Part shown: piece by piece, positions 28,442 through 39,093 of the stretch
Layout: every line of letters starts with the position of its first letter
Numbering within the stretch: position 1 is the first letter of the stretch
Source of the DNA: Candidatus Gottesmanbacteria bacterium
GTDB taxonomy: Bacteria > Patescibacteriota > Microgenomatia > UBA10105 > UBA927
DNA: 64,000 nucleotides
NCBI GenBank assembly: GCA_963714095.1
Contig: OY970230.1
Coordinates: 388,740-452,739, forward strand
Direction: 5' to 3'
Notes under the pieces: generated by a model
Seen by the model: the letters and a program-made list of their open reading frames with translations, nothing else
Told to the model about the DNA's origin: nothing
Database searches by the model: none
Made by a program: the position numbers and the translations under genes

Positions 28442-28945
28442 TTACCGTTTCGGTGATTGCTTTCTCGCTCTCGCTTTTCCAGCGAAACCAGCTTTCCTTC
28501 GCTGCTTGGCTCTGGGGTCTCGCATCAAAAATCCGCGTTTCTTTAATATCGGACGGAATTTTTCCAGATCTACTTTAATGAGAGCTCTGGATAACGCATG
28601 AATGGTTGCTCCCAGTTGCCCAGTCAGTCCCCCACCGGTGGTCGTCACGGATACGGCAAACCTGCTCATGGTATTGGTCGTGCGGAACGGTTCCTGATAT
28701 CGTTTCTTAAATACTTCGCCGGGGAAAAATTTTTCAACGGGCAAACCGTTCACGATCATCGCGCCTTTTTCCACGGACTTGCCGCTAATTGTTATTGCCG
28801 CATCTTTGACAACGTAGAGACGCGCTCTCGCGCTTGCGGTTTTCCTGCGACCCACTGCTTCGTAATACGAAACCTTGTCTTCTTTCACCGCGTCTTTCGC
28901 CGTGTCTTTCTTAACCTCTTTTTCTTTAATCGGTTTGTCTGCCAT
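28442..28945 (-). CDS. rpsI: 30S ribosomal protein S9 (with a K/E-rich N-terminal extension)
   Basis: GGGLTGQLGA...KQRRKAGFAGKARARKQSPKR C-terminus. Confidence 0.9.
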   Translation of the reverse strand: MADKPIKEKEVKKDTAKDAVKEDKVSYYEAVGRRKTASARARLYVVKDAAITISGKSVEKGAMIVNGLPVEKFFPGEVFKKRYQEPFRTTNTMSRFAVSVTTTGGGLTGQLGATIHALSRALIKVDLEKFRPILKKRGFLMRDPRAKQRRKAGFAGKARARKQSPKR

Positions 28946-28947
28946 AA

Positions 28948-29367
28948 TTATTTTTTAATAAATTTATCTTTATACGGATGATCCGCTTCCGGGTATATAA
29001 AGAGTCGGGTTATGAGTCTATCACGGAGTTTATTTTTGGGCAACATACCCCATACTGCATGGCGGATGGGTTCCGTGGGCTTTTCCTGACGCACCTGCCA
29101 CAACGCTTTTTGTTTGAGCCCACCTGGGTAACCGGAAAAAGTACTATACAACTTTTCCTTATCTTTTTTTCCTGTAACGACAAAATGTGCGGCATTGATA
29201 ACAACGACATTATCACCGCAATCTAGAGAGCGGACGTAATTCTTTTTGCTTTTGCCGATGAGTTTCTGTGCAATCTCGGTTGCTACACGACCCAGCACTT
29301 TGCCTTTCACGTCAACAAGCTGCCAGTTGTGCTCAAGATCTGATATTTTGGTTGCCGGTGTGTTCAT
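28948..29367 (-). CDS. rplM: 50S ribosomal protein L13
   Basis: WQLVDVKGKVLGRVAT... Confidence 0.9.
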   Translation of the reverse strand: MNTPATKISDLEHNWQLVDVKGKVLGRVATEIAQKLIGKSKKNYVRSLDCGDNVVVINAAHFVVTGKKDKEKLYSTFSGYPGGLKQKALWQVRQEKPTEPIRHAVWGMLPKNKLRDRLITRLFIYPEADHPYKDKFIKK

Positions 29368-29368
29368 A

Positions 29369-29782
29369 TTACTTTTTTACTGTAACTTTTTTCACAACTT
29401 TTGGTTTCATGACTTCAACTTTTACTTTTTCGTCAACGAGTTGAAACAATACCTCTTCCGTCACATCTCCAATACGTTTGCCCAAATGGATAATTCTCGT
29501 AAATCCGCTCGTCCGATTCCCAAACCGGGTTTTCGCGTCAGCGAGTAACGCCTTCTCAATATCTTTACTCGCGAGCACTTTCTCAATTTGATTGACGCTT
29601 GCCTGTGATCCGTCCTTTGCCTTCGTAATAAGTTTCTCTATCATTGGCTGGGCAGCTTTCGCTTTTGGCAAGCTGGTTTTAATCACTCCGTGGATAAACA
29701 AATCCCGCGCAAGCCCCTGCAAAAGCCGTTTGCGTTCGTTTTTCGTCCTAGAAAATTTTCGACCGAATACAGAATGTCTCAT
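29369..29782 (-). CDS. rplQ: 50S ribosomal protein L17
   Basis: MRHSVFGRKFSRTKNERKRLL... Confidence 0.9.
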   Translation of the reverse strand: MRHSVFGRKFSRTKNERKRLLQGLARDLFIHGVIKTSLPKAKAAQPMIEKLITKAKDGSQASVNQIEKVLASKDIEKALLADAKTRFGNRTSGFTRIIHLGKRIGDVTEEVLFQLVDEKVKVEVMKPKVVKKVTVKK

Positions 29783-29791
29783 ATAGTACTA

Positions 29792-30712
29792 TTAAACAGC
29801 AAGAGCTACTCCCTTTTCCCGGAGCTTCTCTTCGACGACCGCCAAAGATTTCGTTCCGAGGTTCTTTATCTTCATAAGTTCAGTTTTTGGTGTCCCCAGA
29901 AGCTGACCAATCGTCTCAATACCGCCGTTTGCCAGGGCATTCACGATACGGGTTGGGATATCCAACTCTTCAATACGCATTTTTAAGACTTCATCGGATA
30001 CCGTCGGTGTCACTGCAACTACGTCTGTCGCCCCTACAACTTTCGGTTCATATACTTGTACAAAATACGAAACCAGAATTTTTGCTGCAGATTTTAATGC
30101 TTCAAGAGCGCTCACGGTTCCATCTGTCCACACTTCCATGACAAGCCGGTCTAAATTGGTCATGCGGCCGACACGGGTAGCTTCAACACGATAGTTCACC
30201 CTCGTCACCGGTGAATACAGTGCGTCCACAGACATCACGCCGACTTCATCATGATGTTTTTCATCAGCTGATATATATCCCATACCGCGTTCTGCCGTAC
30301 ATGTTACTTCAAGACTCGCCTTTTTATCAGCAAGGTGTGCAAGAACTAACTCTTTATTCACAATGGTTACCCCTGCCGGAACTTCAATATCTGCGGCTGT
30401 CACTTCTCCAGGTCCGGTTTTTGAAATAGTCAAATTCACCGAGGCATCTCCCTCAACCGTCAGACGGACTTTCTTAAGATTCATCAAAAACTCTACAACG
30501 TCTTCTTTCATGCCGGGAAGCGTGGAAAACTGATGTTTAACGCCTTCAATTTTTGCCGTCACGATGGCACTGCCCGGAAGCGAAGCCAAAAGAACACGTC
30601 GGAGACTGTTACCTAGCGTCTGACCATACCCCTGATCCAGAGGTTCCAGAATAAACTTTCCGTATCCGGGTTTATCAATTGACGTTTCTATTTGAAAATT
30701 AGGGTCTACCAT
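29792..30712 (-). CDS. rpoA: DNA-directed RNA polymerase subunit alpha
   Basis: N-terminal dimerisation domain and C-terminal domain (IEELDIPTRIVNAL). Confidence 0.95.
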   Translation of the reverse strand: MVDPNFQIETSIDKPGYGKFILEPLDQGYGQTLGNSLRRVLLASLPGSAIVTAKIEGVKHQFSTLPGMKEDVVEFLMNLKKVRLTVEGDASVNLTISKTGPGEVTAADIEVPAGVTIVNKELVLAHLADKKASLEVTCTAERGMGYISADEKHHDEVGVMSVDALYSPVTRVNYRVEATRVGRMTNLDRLVMEVWTDGTVSALEALKSAAKILVSYFVQVYEPKVVGATDVVAVTPTVSDEVLKMRIEELDIPTRIVNALANGGIETIGQLLGTPKTELMKIKNLGTKSLAVVEEKLREKGVALAV

Positions 30713-30785
30713 ATATTTTTATTAATTTAGTGGTGTGTGTTTATAGCTTCCGGATATAAACCCCCGCCGCCAAATTTATCCTTTC

Positions 30786-31406
30786 TTAACGTGAATAATG
30801 TTCTACAATTAACTGCTCACTGATGTCTTCACCAACGTCGGCACGCATTGGCAACCGGACAACCTTGACTACCGGGCCTTTGCGCTCCAACCATTCCGGC
30901 ACTTTTACCGTTTTATCTTCCAATAACCGCTTGACCGCCGGAATCTCCAATGATTTTGACTTCATTGTGATGACCTGATCCTTATCAACGAGAAATGACG
31001 GGATCGTTACTTTCGCGCCATCTACTGTCACATGGCCGTGGTTGACGAATTGCCGCGCGGATGCGCGGGTCGGAGCGATACTCGCCCGATACAATACATT
31101 GTCCAGGCGCCGTTCCATAAATTCCAATAATTTTTCTCCGGTATTGCCTTTCCATTGTTTAGCGCGTTCAAATGTTTTTCTGAATTGCCGCTCCAAAACG
31201 CCGTACATCCGTTTTACTTTTTGTTTCTCACGGAGTTGCTGGCCGAATCCTGATACTTTCCGTTTACCTTTGGCCCCGTGCTGCCCGGGAGGGATATTCG
31301 CACGCCTGAGGTATGCCGCATGGGATTTACTCCCTACGGTTTTGAGACCGAGGTCTATTCCCTCGCGTCGTGACAATCTGTTTTTCGGTCCTGTATATCG
31401 TGCCAT
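30786..31406 (-). CDS. rpsD: 30S ribosomal protein S4
   Basis: MARYTGPKNRLSRREG... Confidence 0.95.
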   Translation of the reverse strand: MARYTGPKNRLSRREGIDLGLKTVGSKSHAAYLRRANIPPGQHGAKGKRKVSGFGQQLREKQKVKRMYGVLERQFRKTFERAKQWKGNTGEKLLEFMERRLDNVLYRASIAPTRASARQFVNHGHVTVDGAKVTIPSFLVDKDQVITMKSKSLEIPAVKRLLEDKTVKVPEWLERKGPVVKVVRLPMRADVGEDISEQLIVEHYSR

Positions 31407-31412
31407 AATCTT

Positions 31413-31784
31413 TTACACCCTTCTTTTCTTCTTTGGCCGTACGCCGTTATGCGGCATCGGGGTAACATCTGCAATAAGCGAAATAATAAGCCCCACTGCT
31501 TTTAAACCCCGCAGCGCTGCATCCCGCCCCGCTCCCGGTCCTTTAATATATACTTCCACCTCTCTAAGTCCCTGATCCTGTGCCTTACGGGCGACCGCCT
31601 CTACCGCGGTTGTTGCGGCATACGGAGTGGATTTACGTGCTCCTTTAAACCCCGCCATACCGGATGATCCCCAGCACAACGTATTGCCCTGTTCGTCGGT
31701 AATAGTCACTAATGTGTTGTTAAAGGTCGCTGTGATAAACACTTTTCCTTTTTCAACAACACGATGTACTTTTTTTACTGCCAT
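31413..31784 (-). CDS. rpsK: 30S ribosomal protein S11
   Basis: ...[18 protein letters not shown]... Confidence 0.95.
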   Translation of the reverse strand: MAVKKVHRVVEKGKVFITATFNNTLVTITDEQGNTLCWGSSGMAGFKGARKSTPYAATTAVEAVARKAQDQGLREVEVYIKGPGAGRDAALRGLKAVGLIISLIADVTPMPHNGVRPKKKRRV

Positions 31785-31787
31785 ATA

Positions 31788-32228
31788 TTATTTTTTCGCC
31801 TCAGCGGCTGACGCCGCAGGGGCTACCGCCGCAGTTGATGCGTCTGTCTTTATACGGTCATCCTTCTTCATAGCACCAATCGTCATACGCTTCCCGCGTT
31901 TCGTACGTGCATTACTCCTTGTCCGCTGCCCGCGAACCGGCAATTTTTTAACATGCCGACCTCCTCTATAGCTGCGGATTTCGATAAGCCGTTTAATATT
32001 ATCGGAAACTTCCTTGCGCAAGTCTCCCTCAACGCTATATCCTTTTTCCAGTATTTTTGCGATTTTATTGACTTCCTCGTCCGTCAATGTCTTCACCCGT
32101 CTTGCGCCGTCCATCTGGGCTTCTTTCAACACCTTCACGACATTACTCCTGCCCACCCCGTAGAGGTAGGTCAATGCAATATCCAGCCGTTTATCGTTTG
32201 GTAAGTCTACTCCTGCAATACGTGCCAT
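31788..32228 (-). CDS. rpsM: 30S ribosomal protein S13
   Basis: [14 protein letters not shown]... Confidence 0.95.
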   Translation of the reverse strand: MARIAGVDLPNDKRLDIALTYLYGVGRSNVVKVLKEAQMDGARRVKTLTDEEVNKIAKILEKGYSVEGDLRKEVSDNIKRLIEIRSYRGGRHVKKLPVRGQRTRSNARTKRGKRMTIGAMKKDDRIKTDASTAAVAPAASAAEAKK

Positions 32229-32231
32229 AAA

Positions 32232-32345
32232 TTATCCCTGTCTTTGTTTATGTTTCGGGTTTTCGCAAATGATGTACACCTTTCCATTCCGGCGTACAAC
32301 TTTACATTTATCACAAATTGTTTTTACGCTTGCTCGTACTTTCAT
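32232..32345 (-). CDS. rpmJ: 50S ribosomal protein L36 (37 aa, below the track threshold)
   Basis: [37 protein letters not shown]. Confidence 0.9.
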   Translation of the reverse strand: MKVRASVKTICDKCKVVRRNGKVYIICENPKHKQRQG

Positions 32346-32355
32346 ATGTTTTTTA

Positions 32356-32574
32356 TTATTTAACCCGATACGTAATTCTGCCCTTTGTTGAATCGTACGG
32401 TGTTACTTCTACTTTCACTTTGTCTCCGGGCATGATACGGATAAAATTCAACCGCATCTTCCCCGATAAATGACACAAAATAATATGCCCGTTTGCTAAC
32501 TTCACCCGAAACAATGTGTTGGGCAGACATTCCGCTACCACTCCTTCTACTTCAATATTTCCCTGATGGGCCAT
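32356..32574 (-). CDS. infA: Translation initiation factor IF-1
   Basis: S1-like OB fold, [21 protein letters not shown]... Confidence 0.95.
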   Translation of the reverse strand: MAHQGNIEVEGVVAECLPNTLFRVKLANGHIILCHLSGKMRLNFIRIMPGDKVKVEVTPYDSTKGRITYRVK

Positions 32575-32640
32575 AATTACAAAAACAACAAAAATATCCC
32601 TCTTTGAATCGAGGTTTCTGTCAATGCATGCAATTGTACC

Positions 32641-33414
32641 TCAAATACCTCCCGCGGTCAACACTACGGGGCCACCAGACGTAATTGCCAAAGAATGCTC
32701 GAAAACCGACGTTAGGGATCTATCCCTAGTCGCCAGCGTCCAACCATCAGTATTCTCATACACTATTTCACCCCGCCCCATGGCATAAATAGGCTCGATT
32801 GCTATAGTCATCCCTTCAGTAAGCGGCAATGTATTCTCAATGGCACCCCGCAGGTAATTGGGAATCTGCGGCTCTTCATGAAGATCACGGCCCACGCCGT
32901 GCCCGACCAAAGATTTCACGATACTGTACCCCGCGCCTTCAATCGTCTCCTGAACAACCTGTGAAATGTTACCCACGCGGTTGCCGATGATCGCGGCTTT
33001 AATCCCCCTGTCGAGAGCCAGCTTGCCAATCTCAAGAAATTTTTTCGTTGACTCTGGAATTTCGTATTTTTTCGATACAACGACTTTTGTTCCGGCCGTA
33101 TCCGTATGGAATCCTTTGTAAATAAGACCTATGTCAATCGTCAAAACATCTCCATCCTTTAATACGTACTGCGTCGGAATTCCGTGAACCACGACTTCAT
33201 TGACATTGAGACACGTGGCCCAGTGATATCCGGGGACAGTTGCAAATGACGCGGTTGCACCCGCTCTTTCGATTAATTCATTTGCACGCTTCTCTATATC
33301 CATAAGGACGACTCCAGGTTGAGAAAATGTAAGTAGATCGTTGAGAATTACCCCGAGTTTTTTGCCGCCCTCGCGCATAACGGCAATTTCTGTAGGAGTT
33401 TTAATGTGGATCAT
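32641..33414 (-). CDS. map: Methionine aminopeptidase (type I)
   Basis: Pita-bread fold metal ligands (D..D..H..E..E pattern) and typical MAP sequence. Confidence 0.9.
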   Translation of the reverse strand: MIHIKTPTEIAVMREGGKKLGVILNDLLTFSQPGVVLMDIEKRANELIERAGATASFATVPGYHWATCLNVNEVVVHGIPTQYVLKDGDVLTIDIGLIYKGFHTDTAGTKVVVSKKYEIPESTKKFLEIGKLALDRGIKAAIIGNRVGNISQVVQETIEGAGYSIVKSLVGHGVGRDLHEEPQIPNYLRGAIENTLPLTEGMTIAIEPIYAMGRGEIVYENTDGWTLATRDRSLTSVFEHSLAITSGGPVVLTAGGI

Positions 33415-33965
33415 ACAAGTTTTTTGTAAAGCAGCTCCAACTGAGCACGAAATGCTTTTTCATCACTGTCGTTCACTAAAAGATAATCTGCAATAGCAAT
33501 CGGGCCGCCCTTATTGAGATTTTCTAATTCCGCTATATCGCGGCTGCTAGCCTCAGCCTGTGTCAGCGGACGGACCTTCCGTTGACTCAAACGCTTATAC
33601 CGAATCCTCGGAGGAGCATAGATACATAACAGCTGAATCTCAGGAAACTTTCGTTTGAGGAAATTATATTCTTCCCAGGAATATAATCCGTCCAAAACGA
33701 TAACGTTGCTTGTTTTGGCTGCTTCCAGAATCCTGGGCTCTATTTTAATGGCCATCGCCGCCATTCCCAGATCTTTCCGTAAGGATTCACGGACAAACCG
33801 CTCGTTTTTTTCGTTACGCGGGAGGCCCAATTCCTTGAGGCTAATATCCGTCTGATCGCCAAAACGAAGAATTGGAATTCCTTTTTCCCGAAAAAAATCC
33901 GCGGCTACCGTCTTTCCGGCTCCGGGCATTCCGACAATAGCAATAAGTTTACGCTGTGGTTCCAT
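33411..33965 (-). CDS. P-loop nucleotide kinase, UPF0200-like (archaeal-type predicted nucleotide kinase)
   Basis: IAIVGMPGAGKT..ILRFGD...VIVLDGLYSWEEYNFLKRKFP..LLCIYAPPRIRYKRLSQR resembles the archaeal UPF0200 family. This is a recollection. Start set at MEPQRKL. Confidence 0.45.
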   Translation of the reverse strand: MEPQRKLIAIVGMPGAGKTVAADFFREKGIPILRFGDQTDISLKELGLPRNEKNERFVRESLRKDLGMAAMAIKIEPRILEAAKTSNVIVLDGLYSWEEYNFLKRKFPEIQLLCIYAPPRIRYKRLSQRKVRPLTQAEASSRDIAELENLNKGGPIAIADYLLVNDSDEKAFRAQLELLYKKLV

Positions 33966-34536
33966 TAATTTGTTGCATGATGGCCGCGTGTACTTCTTCA
34001 ATCGTCTGATTCGCATTAATTTCGACCAGCACGCCCTTGGCGCGGTAAAAGTCCAACACATCTTTTTCCCCTTCTTTGTACATCGCAAGCCGTGTCTTGA
34101 TACGCTCCGGCGTATCCGCTGTTTCTACACTCCCGGGATGTAATGGCCGAGCCCGTTTAGCCAACCGGCTAATAGACTCTTCTTCGCTTAAATTAAGATA
34201 TATGACTTTTTCTACTTTATAGCCGTATTTATCAATCTTGTCATCTAAAAATTTTGCCTGCTCCACATTTCTGGGGAACCCATCCATAATCCAACCGCCT
34301 TTTGCATCTTCCTCCTTGAGGCGCCACTTCCACAATACAAACATTTCACTGTCGGCAACATACTTCCCTTCTTCCAGTGCCTGACGGCAGACCTCGCCGA
34401 TAATTCCCTTGTCATTTGCCGCCGCGTCACGCACTAAATCGCCGGAGGTAAGAATAGGTAAATGCAACGTATCCGCCAGTAACTTTGCCTGCGTTCCTTT
34501 ACCTGATCCTTCCGGTCCGTAAAAAACAATATGCAT
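33949..34536 (-). CDS. adk: Adenylate kinase (short form)
   Basis: MHIVFYGPEGSGKGTQAKLLA... Confidence 0.9.
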   Translation of the reverse strand: MHIVFYGPEGSGKGTQAKLLADTLHLPILTSGDLVRDAAANDKGIIGEVCRQALEEGKYVADSEMFVLWKWRLKEEDAKGGWIMDGFPRNVEQAKFLDDKIDKYGYKVEKVIYLNLSEEESISRLAKRARPLHPGSVETADTPERIKTRLAMYKEGEKDVLDFYRAKGVLVEINANQTIEEVHAAIMQQINGTTA

Positions 34537-34544
34537 GATCCTCC

Positions 34545-35834
34545 TTATTCTTTTAAATACCCTTCGTAATTTCTCATGACAAGTTGAGCTTCCAATGCTT
34601 TAAATGTCTCCAAAACTACCGATACTACGATGAGGACGCCTGTGCCTCCAATAAGTAATGTCGAGACCCCCGAAATCTGCCGCGCAATAGACGGCAATAT
34701 TGCAATAATCCCCAAAAATAACGCACCTGCAAGCGTAATGCGGGTCAAAATATAATTGAGGTAACCGGCAGTTGCAGTCCCCGGCCGAATACCCGGAATA
34801 AAGCCGCCGTACTTCTGGATTTCTTCCGCAATCTTTTTTGGATTAAACGTAATGGCGGTATAAAAATAGGTAAATCCGATAACGAGGAGAAAATAGATAA
34901 CGTTATACCAGACGCCGTTCGGATTAAAAACATTCGTAAGAAAAACACCCAAACCGGCTAAGGCAGGGCTTTTCACCTGCTTTAAAAATCCGCCGAGTAG
35001 TGACGGCAAAAGTACCATGGAAACGGCAAATATGATAGGGATAACACCTGCCTGATTGACCCGAAGCGGCAAATACGATACATTGCCGCCGTACACTTTA
35101 TTGCCGCGGATTCGGCGGGCATAATGCACCGTAATACGCCTGACTGCTTCGTTCACAAATACGGTCGCCGCAATGACAAGTATCGCCAGTATCCCAAAAA
35201 GAATAATATTCGTAATCCCTTCCGCTGTTGCAGTAGTCGCGACCTGTCCGAATGCAACGGGCAGCCGGCCGACTATTCCGGCAAAAATAAGAAGTGATAT
35301 ACCATTTCCTATTCCATACTCTGTAATCATTTCACCGAACCACATGGCAAGAATTGTCCCCGCCGTCATCGTCACCACCATAGTAATAAGTGCCAAAGGG
35401 TCCAATGTCGCGATGATCCCCTGATTCCGAAGAAGAGCAATCATTCCGATTGATTGCACGGCAGCAAGCGGAACAGTGATAAGGCGCGTGTACTGATTAA
35501 TTTTCTCCCTGCCGTATTCCCCTTCTTTGGATAATTCTTCAAGCTTTGGAAATACAATCTGCAAAAGTTGCAAAATGATGGAGGCGTTGATGTATGGGTT
35601 GAGTCCTAATGCCATGACGGAAAAATTTACGAGCGTCCCGCCGGAAAAAATATCCAATAGTCCCAAAAATTGATTTGATGCAAACAGCGCGGCGAGTTTA
35701 CGAGTATCGACCGCAGGAATCGGGATATGGGCAAACAAACGGAAGACGACAAAAATAAACGCAGTAAGCAAAATTTTCCGTCTCAAGTCCGGTGCTTTCC
35801 AGCTATTGATAAGAGGCGACAAAAATTTATTCAT
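34545..35834 (-). CDS. secY: Preprotein translocase subunit SecY
   Basis: 10 transmembrane helices with typical SecY sequence. Start set at MNKFL. Confidence 0.95.
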   Translation of the reverse strand: MNKFLSPLINSWKAPDLRRKILLTAFIFVVFRLFAHIPIPAVDTRKLAALFASNQFLGLLDIFSGGTLVNFSVMALGLNPYINASIILQLLQIVFPKLEELSKEGEYGREKINQYTRLITVPLAAVQSIGMIALLRNQGIIATLDPLALITMVVTMTAGTILAMWFGEMITEYGIGNGISLLIFAGIVGRLPVAFGQVATTATAEGITNIILFGILAILVIAATVFVNEAVRRITVHYARRIRGNKVYGGNVSYLPLRVNQAGVIPIIFAVSMVLLPSLLGGFLKQVKSPALAGLGVFLTNVFNPNGVWYNVIYFLLVIGFTYFYTAITFNPKKIAEEIQKYGGFIPGIRPGTATAGYLNYILTRITLAGALFLGIIAILPSIARQISGVSTLLIGGTGVLIVVSVVLETFKALEAQLVMRNYEGYLKE

Positions 35835-36273
35835 GTGGCGAGAGAACTTCTCCCCCGGCTTTTTCGATTGCACTCGCTGCGCTCTTTGAACACGGTACCG
35901 CAACTTCAAGTTTTACTGTTACTTTTCCGTTTCCTAAAACTTTCACCCGGGCAGTTGCATTGTCTATCATATGATATTTTTTGAGCGTTTCCAATGTAAC
36001 AGATGTACCCGCAGGTATCGTATTCAATTTCTCAACAGACAGTGGATATGCTTTTCCTAACTGAGACCCGTTGCGACCCTTCCCGCGAAGAAGCGGTAAC
36101 CGTTTAATGAGCGGCAACTGTCCGCCTTCAAATCCTATGTGAATGCTGTCACGGGATTTTTGTCCTTTGGTTCCCCGTCCTGAAGTTTTAACTTTTCCGG
36201 ACCCATGACCGCGCCCAAGGCGCTTTTTCCCCCGCTGTACAATCGATATCGCGTTAAAAGATATATTTGTCAT
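35827..36273 (-). CDS. rplO: 50S ribosomal protein L15
   Basis: ...[22 protein letters not shown]... Confidence 0.9.
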   Translation of the reverse strand: MTNISFNAISIVQRGKKRLGRGHGSGKVKTSGRGTKGQKSRDSIHIGFEGGQLPLIKRLPLLRGKGRNGSQLGKAYPLSVEKLNTIPAGTSVTLETLKKYHMIDNATARVKVLGNGKVTVKLEVAVPCSKSAASAIEKAGGEVLSPHE

Positions 36274-36731
36274 ATGATTCTCTTTAATCTCAACAATTTA
36301 AGGGCTTCCATCGTGGCATAGACGTTCGATGCCTGATTTTTGCTTCCTAAAATTTTTGATACGATGTCACGGATACCAGCCGCCTCAACGACTGCGCGCA
36401 CCGCTCCCCCTGCTATAACACCAGTTCCTGGAGGCGCGGGTTTAAGCATAATTTTTGCCGCTCCCCGCTTGACACGGATTTCATGCGGTATTGTAGTTCC
36501 CTTCATAGCAACAGTGAACATATGCTTCTGGGCATAACTGACAGCCTTGCGGACTGCCGATGATACATCCGGCGCTCCGCCCAACCCTACACCAACTTTT
36601 CCTTTTTTGTCGCCGACGACGGCAAGCACGGAAAATCCGATTTTATTTCCACCTTTTGTCTTTTTTGAAACGCGGTTAACCTGGACTATTTTTTCTTCGA
36701 GTCCGCTGGTATTTCTTGGTTCACCTCTCAT
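36270..36731 (-). CDS. rpsE: 30S ribosomal protein S5
   Basis: ...[27 protein letters not shown]... No L30 gene follows; rplO overlaps the rpsE 5' end. Confidence 0.95.
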   Translation of the reverse strand: MRGEPRNTSGLEEKIVQVNRVSKKTKGGNKIGFSVLAVVGDKKGKVGVGLGGAPDVSSAVRKAVSYAQKHMFTVAMKGTTIPHEIRVKRGAAKIMLKPAPPGTGVIAGGAVRAVVEAAGIRDIVSKILGSKNQASNVYATMEALKLLRLKRII

Positions 36732-37057
36732 ATCTTTAATCCTCCTTCACGTGCGCCGTCTGCTACCTCTTTCACCGTACCGTGAAACCGGTACCCGCTC
36801 CTGTCAAATACGACCGTTTTAATACCTTTTGCGATTGCTAATTTCGCAATTTCCAATCCTAATGCCTTACCTGTTGCTTTATTTTTACCACCCATGCGCT
36901 TGGCAAGGAGTGTTACACCTTTCGTGTCATCAATTATCTGCACTAACACAGCTGTGTTCGAGCGGAATACTGACAACCTCGGCCGTGCTGCAGTCCCGGT
37001 AATTTTTGCACGAACCCGTGCTTTTCGTTTTTGTCTCAAATCAAAACTTTGTTTCAT
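36728..37057 (-). CDS. rplR: 50S ribosomal protein L18
   Basis: ...[10 protein letters not shown]... Confidence 0.9.
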   Translation of the reverse strand: MKQSFDLRQKRKARVRAKITGTAARPRLSVFRSNTAVLVQIIDDTKGVTLLAKRMGGKNKATGKALGLEIAKLAIAKGIKTVVFDRSGYRFHGTVKEVADGAREGGLKI

Positions 37058-37058
37058 A

Positions 37059-37619
37059 TTATTTCGCTCCTGGAGCTCCTCCTACAGCCTTTGCGGCCTT
37101 GCCTGCTTTTTTACGGATATGTTCTCCCTGATATTTTATTCCTTTACCTTTATATGGCTCAGGCTTTTTTATTTCACGAATTTTGGCTGCAACCTGCCCG
37201 ACTAATTGTTTGTCTGTTCCGGATACGATAATTTTTCCTTCCTGTGCCGCAAACTGAATGCCTGCAGGCGGAATAACAGTCACAGGATGTGAAAATCCTA
37301 AATTCAACGTTAAATTTACACCAGTAACCGCCGCCCGATATCCTACACCGGAAAGCTCCAAGACTCGGGTCCAGCCTTTGGTAACACCGGTAACAAGATT
37401 GTTCAGGTTTGCCCGAACGTATCCATGAAGCGCCCGGGTCGGCTTATCATCACCGCTACGCCTGACTTCGATTTTTCCGTCTGCCACCTTTACGCTCACA
37501 CGCGGGGGCACACGCATTCTGAGTTCACCATTCGGCCCTTTGACCACCACGAGATCATCCGACAGGGTAACCGTCGCTATACTCGGAATACTGATGATTG
37601 CATTGCCTATTCGTGACAT
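37059..37619 (-). CDS. rplF: 50S ribosomal protein L6
   Basis: [12 protein letters not shown]... Confidence 0.9.
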   Translation of the reverse strand: MSRIGNAIISIPSIATVTLSDDLVVVKGPNGELRMRVPPRVSVKVADGKIEVRRSGDDKPTRALHGYVRANLNNLVTGVTKGWTRVLELSGVGYRAAVTGVNLTLNLGFSHPVTVIPPAGIQFAAQEGKIIVSGTDKQLVGQVAAKIREIKKPEPYKGKGIKYQGEHIRKKAGKAAKAVGGAPGAK

Positions 37620-37623
37620 ATGT

Positions 37624-38016
37624 TTACCAAATTTTACATAACAATTCTCCGCCGATACCTTTCTTTTTCGCATCGCGGCCAGTCATAATTCCCAAAGGCG
37701 TCGAGAGTATTGCAATACCCATACCTCCCACCACCTGCGGAATAGTATTCTTATTCACGTACCACCGGAGACCCGGCTTGCTCACGCGTTTCACTCCTGT
37801 AATGACTGACTCGTTGTTCGCATATTTGATTCCGACACGCAGGTTTGCCTTCGGATCCGTTCCGACTTTAACGACGGACGATACGTATCCCTCATCCAAA
37901 AGGATTTTGCCGAGCGCCATCTTGAGTTTGGAATAGGGTAATTCGATCACCGAATTGTGCGCCGCAGCTGCGTTCTTTATTTGTATAAGCATGTCTCCGA
38001 TTGGATCATTTACCAT
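37624..38016 (-). CDS. rpsH: 30S ribosomal protein S8
   Basis: MVNDPIGDMLIQIKNA... Confidence 0.95.
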   Translation of the reverse strand: MVNDPIGDMLIQIKNAAAAHNSVIELPYSKLKMALGKILLDEGYVSSVVKVGTDPKANLRVGIKYANNESVITGVKRVSKPGLRWYVNKNTIPQVVGGMGIAILSTPLGIMTGRDAKKKGIGGELLCKIW

Positions 38017-38028
38017 ATATTCTCTCCT

Positions 38029-38214
38029 TTACCAGGACGCTTTTACTACGCCCGGCAACTCTCCTTTATGTGCTAATTTTCTAAAACAGAGCCTGCAGAT
38101 ACCGAACTTCCGCATGTATGCACGGGACCGGCCGCACATCGCGCAGCGGTTATGCTGCCGAACGCGATATTTTTGTTTATGTTCAAACTTAACGATATCT
38201 GATGTTTTAGCCAT
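38029..38214 (-). CDS. rpsN: 30S ribosomal protein S14, type Z (zinc-binding, 61 aa)
   Basis: [22 protein letters not shown]. Confidence 0.9.
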   Translation of the reverse strand: MAKTSDIVKFEHKQKYRVRQHNRCAMCGRSRAYMRKFGICRLCFRKLAHKGELPGVVKASW

Positions 38215-38758
38215 GTTGCTCCTTTTCAAACGGCATACCGAACAATGTCAAAAGTTTTTTGCTATCCGTGTCATTGCCCGCCGTTGTCACAAACGTCACT
38301 TCAAATCCCCGGGGCCGGTCAATCATGCTGTAATCAAGCTCAGGAAAAATACTCTGTTCGTGAACTCCCAACGTATAATTTCCTTTGCCGTCAAACCCCG
38401 TGGATGGGACGCCGTGAAAATCACGCACGCGCGGGAGTGCCAGCCGGATAAACTTTGTCAGAAAATCATACATTCTTGTGCCCCGCAGTGTTGCCCGCAG
38501 TCCCACCGCATCTCCGGCGCGCAGTTTAAAGGTTGAAATTGCGCGTTTTGCCCTGGTGATCTGGGGTTTTTGCCCAGCAATCACCGCAAGCTGCTTCACC
38601 ATACTATCCAATACTTTTTTATCCGCGAGCGCCTCACGGCCAACGCCGCAGTTTATAACGATTTTGACAAGCCGCGGAATTGCCATGCGGTTGACGATCC
38701 CCGCCTTTTGAAACTCAGGTACTATTTGTTTTATGTAGATATCGTGTAATTCGTGCAT
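38207..38758 (-). CDS. rplE: 50S ribosomal protein L5
   Basis: ...[15 protein letters not shown]... Confidence 0.9.
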   Translation of the reverse strand: MHELHDIYIKQIVPEFQKAGIVNRMAIPRLVKIVINCGVGREALADKKVLDSMVKQLAVIAGQKPQITRAKRAISTFKLRAGDAVGLRATLRGTRMYDFLTKFIRLALPRVRDFHGVPSTGFDGKGNYTLGVHEQSIFPELDYSMIDRPRGFEVTFVTTAGNDTDSKKLLTLFGMPFEKEQHG

Positions 38759-38762
38759 ACAT

Positions 38763-39068
38763 TTAGATAACTTGATCGCATTTTCTGCAGATCCGTTCTT
38801 TATTATTTTTGACAATCCTGTATCCCAACCGCGTTTGTTTCCCGCATTTAGGACATAGAACGGCGATTTTCCCCATTGAAATAGGATTCACGACTTCTAT
38901 GATGCCTCCGGGGTGCTGCTCATCCCGTTTTTTTTCATGTTTCTTCACGATGTTAACGCCCGGCACGAGAACTTTGGATTCCTTGGGGAATACTTTTTCA
39001 ACCTTCCCCTTTTTTCCTTTGTCTTTTCCTGTCGTCACAATAATCTGATCACCTTTTTTAATTTTCAT
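38763..39068 (-). CDS. rplX: 50S ribosomal protein L24 with a C-terminal CxxC..CxxC zinc-ribbon extension
   Basis: KOW domain MKIKKGDQIIVTTGKDKGKKGKV... plus a C-terminal CPKCGK...CRKCD. Confidence 0.9.
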   Translation of the reverse strand: MKIKKGDQIIVTTGKDKGKKGKVEKVFPKESKVLVPGVNIVKKHEKKRDEQHPGGIIEVVNPISMGKIAVLCPKCGKQTRLGYRIVKNNKERICRKCDQVI

Positions 39069-39093
39069 ATAAATCTCCGATTTAACCTCCGGT

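Noticed and set aside
32232-32345. Apparent +1 frameshift in rpmJ (L36)
   Set aside because: I first mis-transcribed a T-run at the junction of two sequence lines. On re-reading, the run is TTT, and the gene translates cleanly to [37 protein letters not shown].
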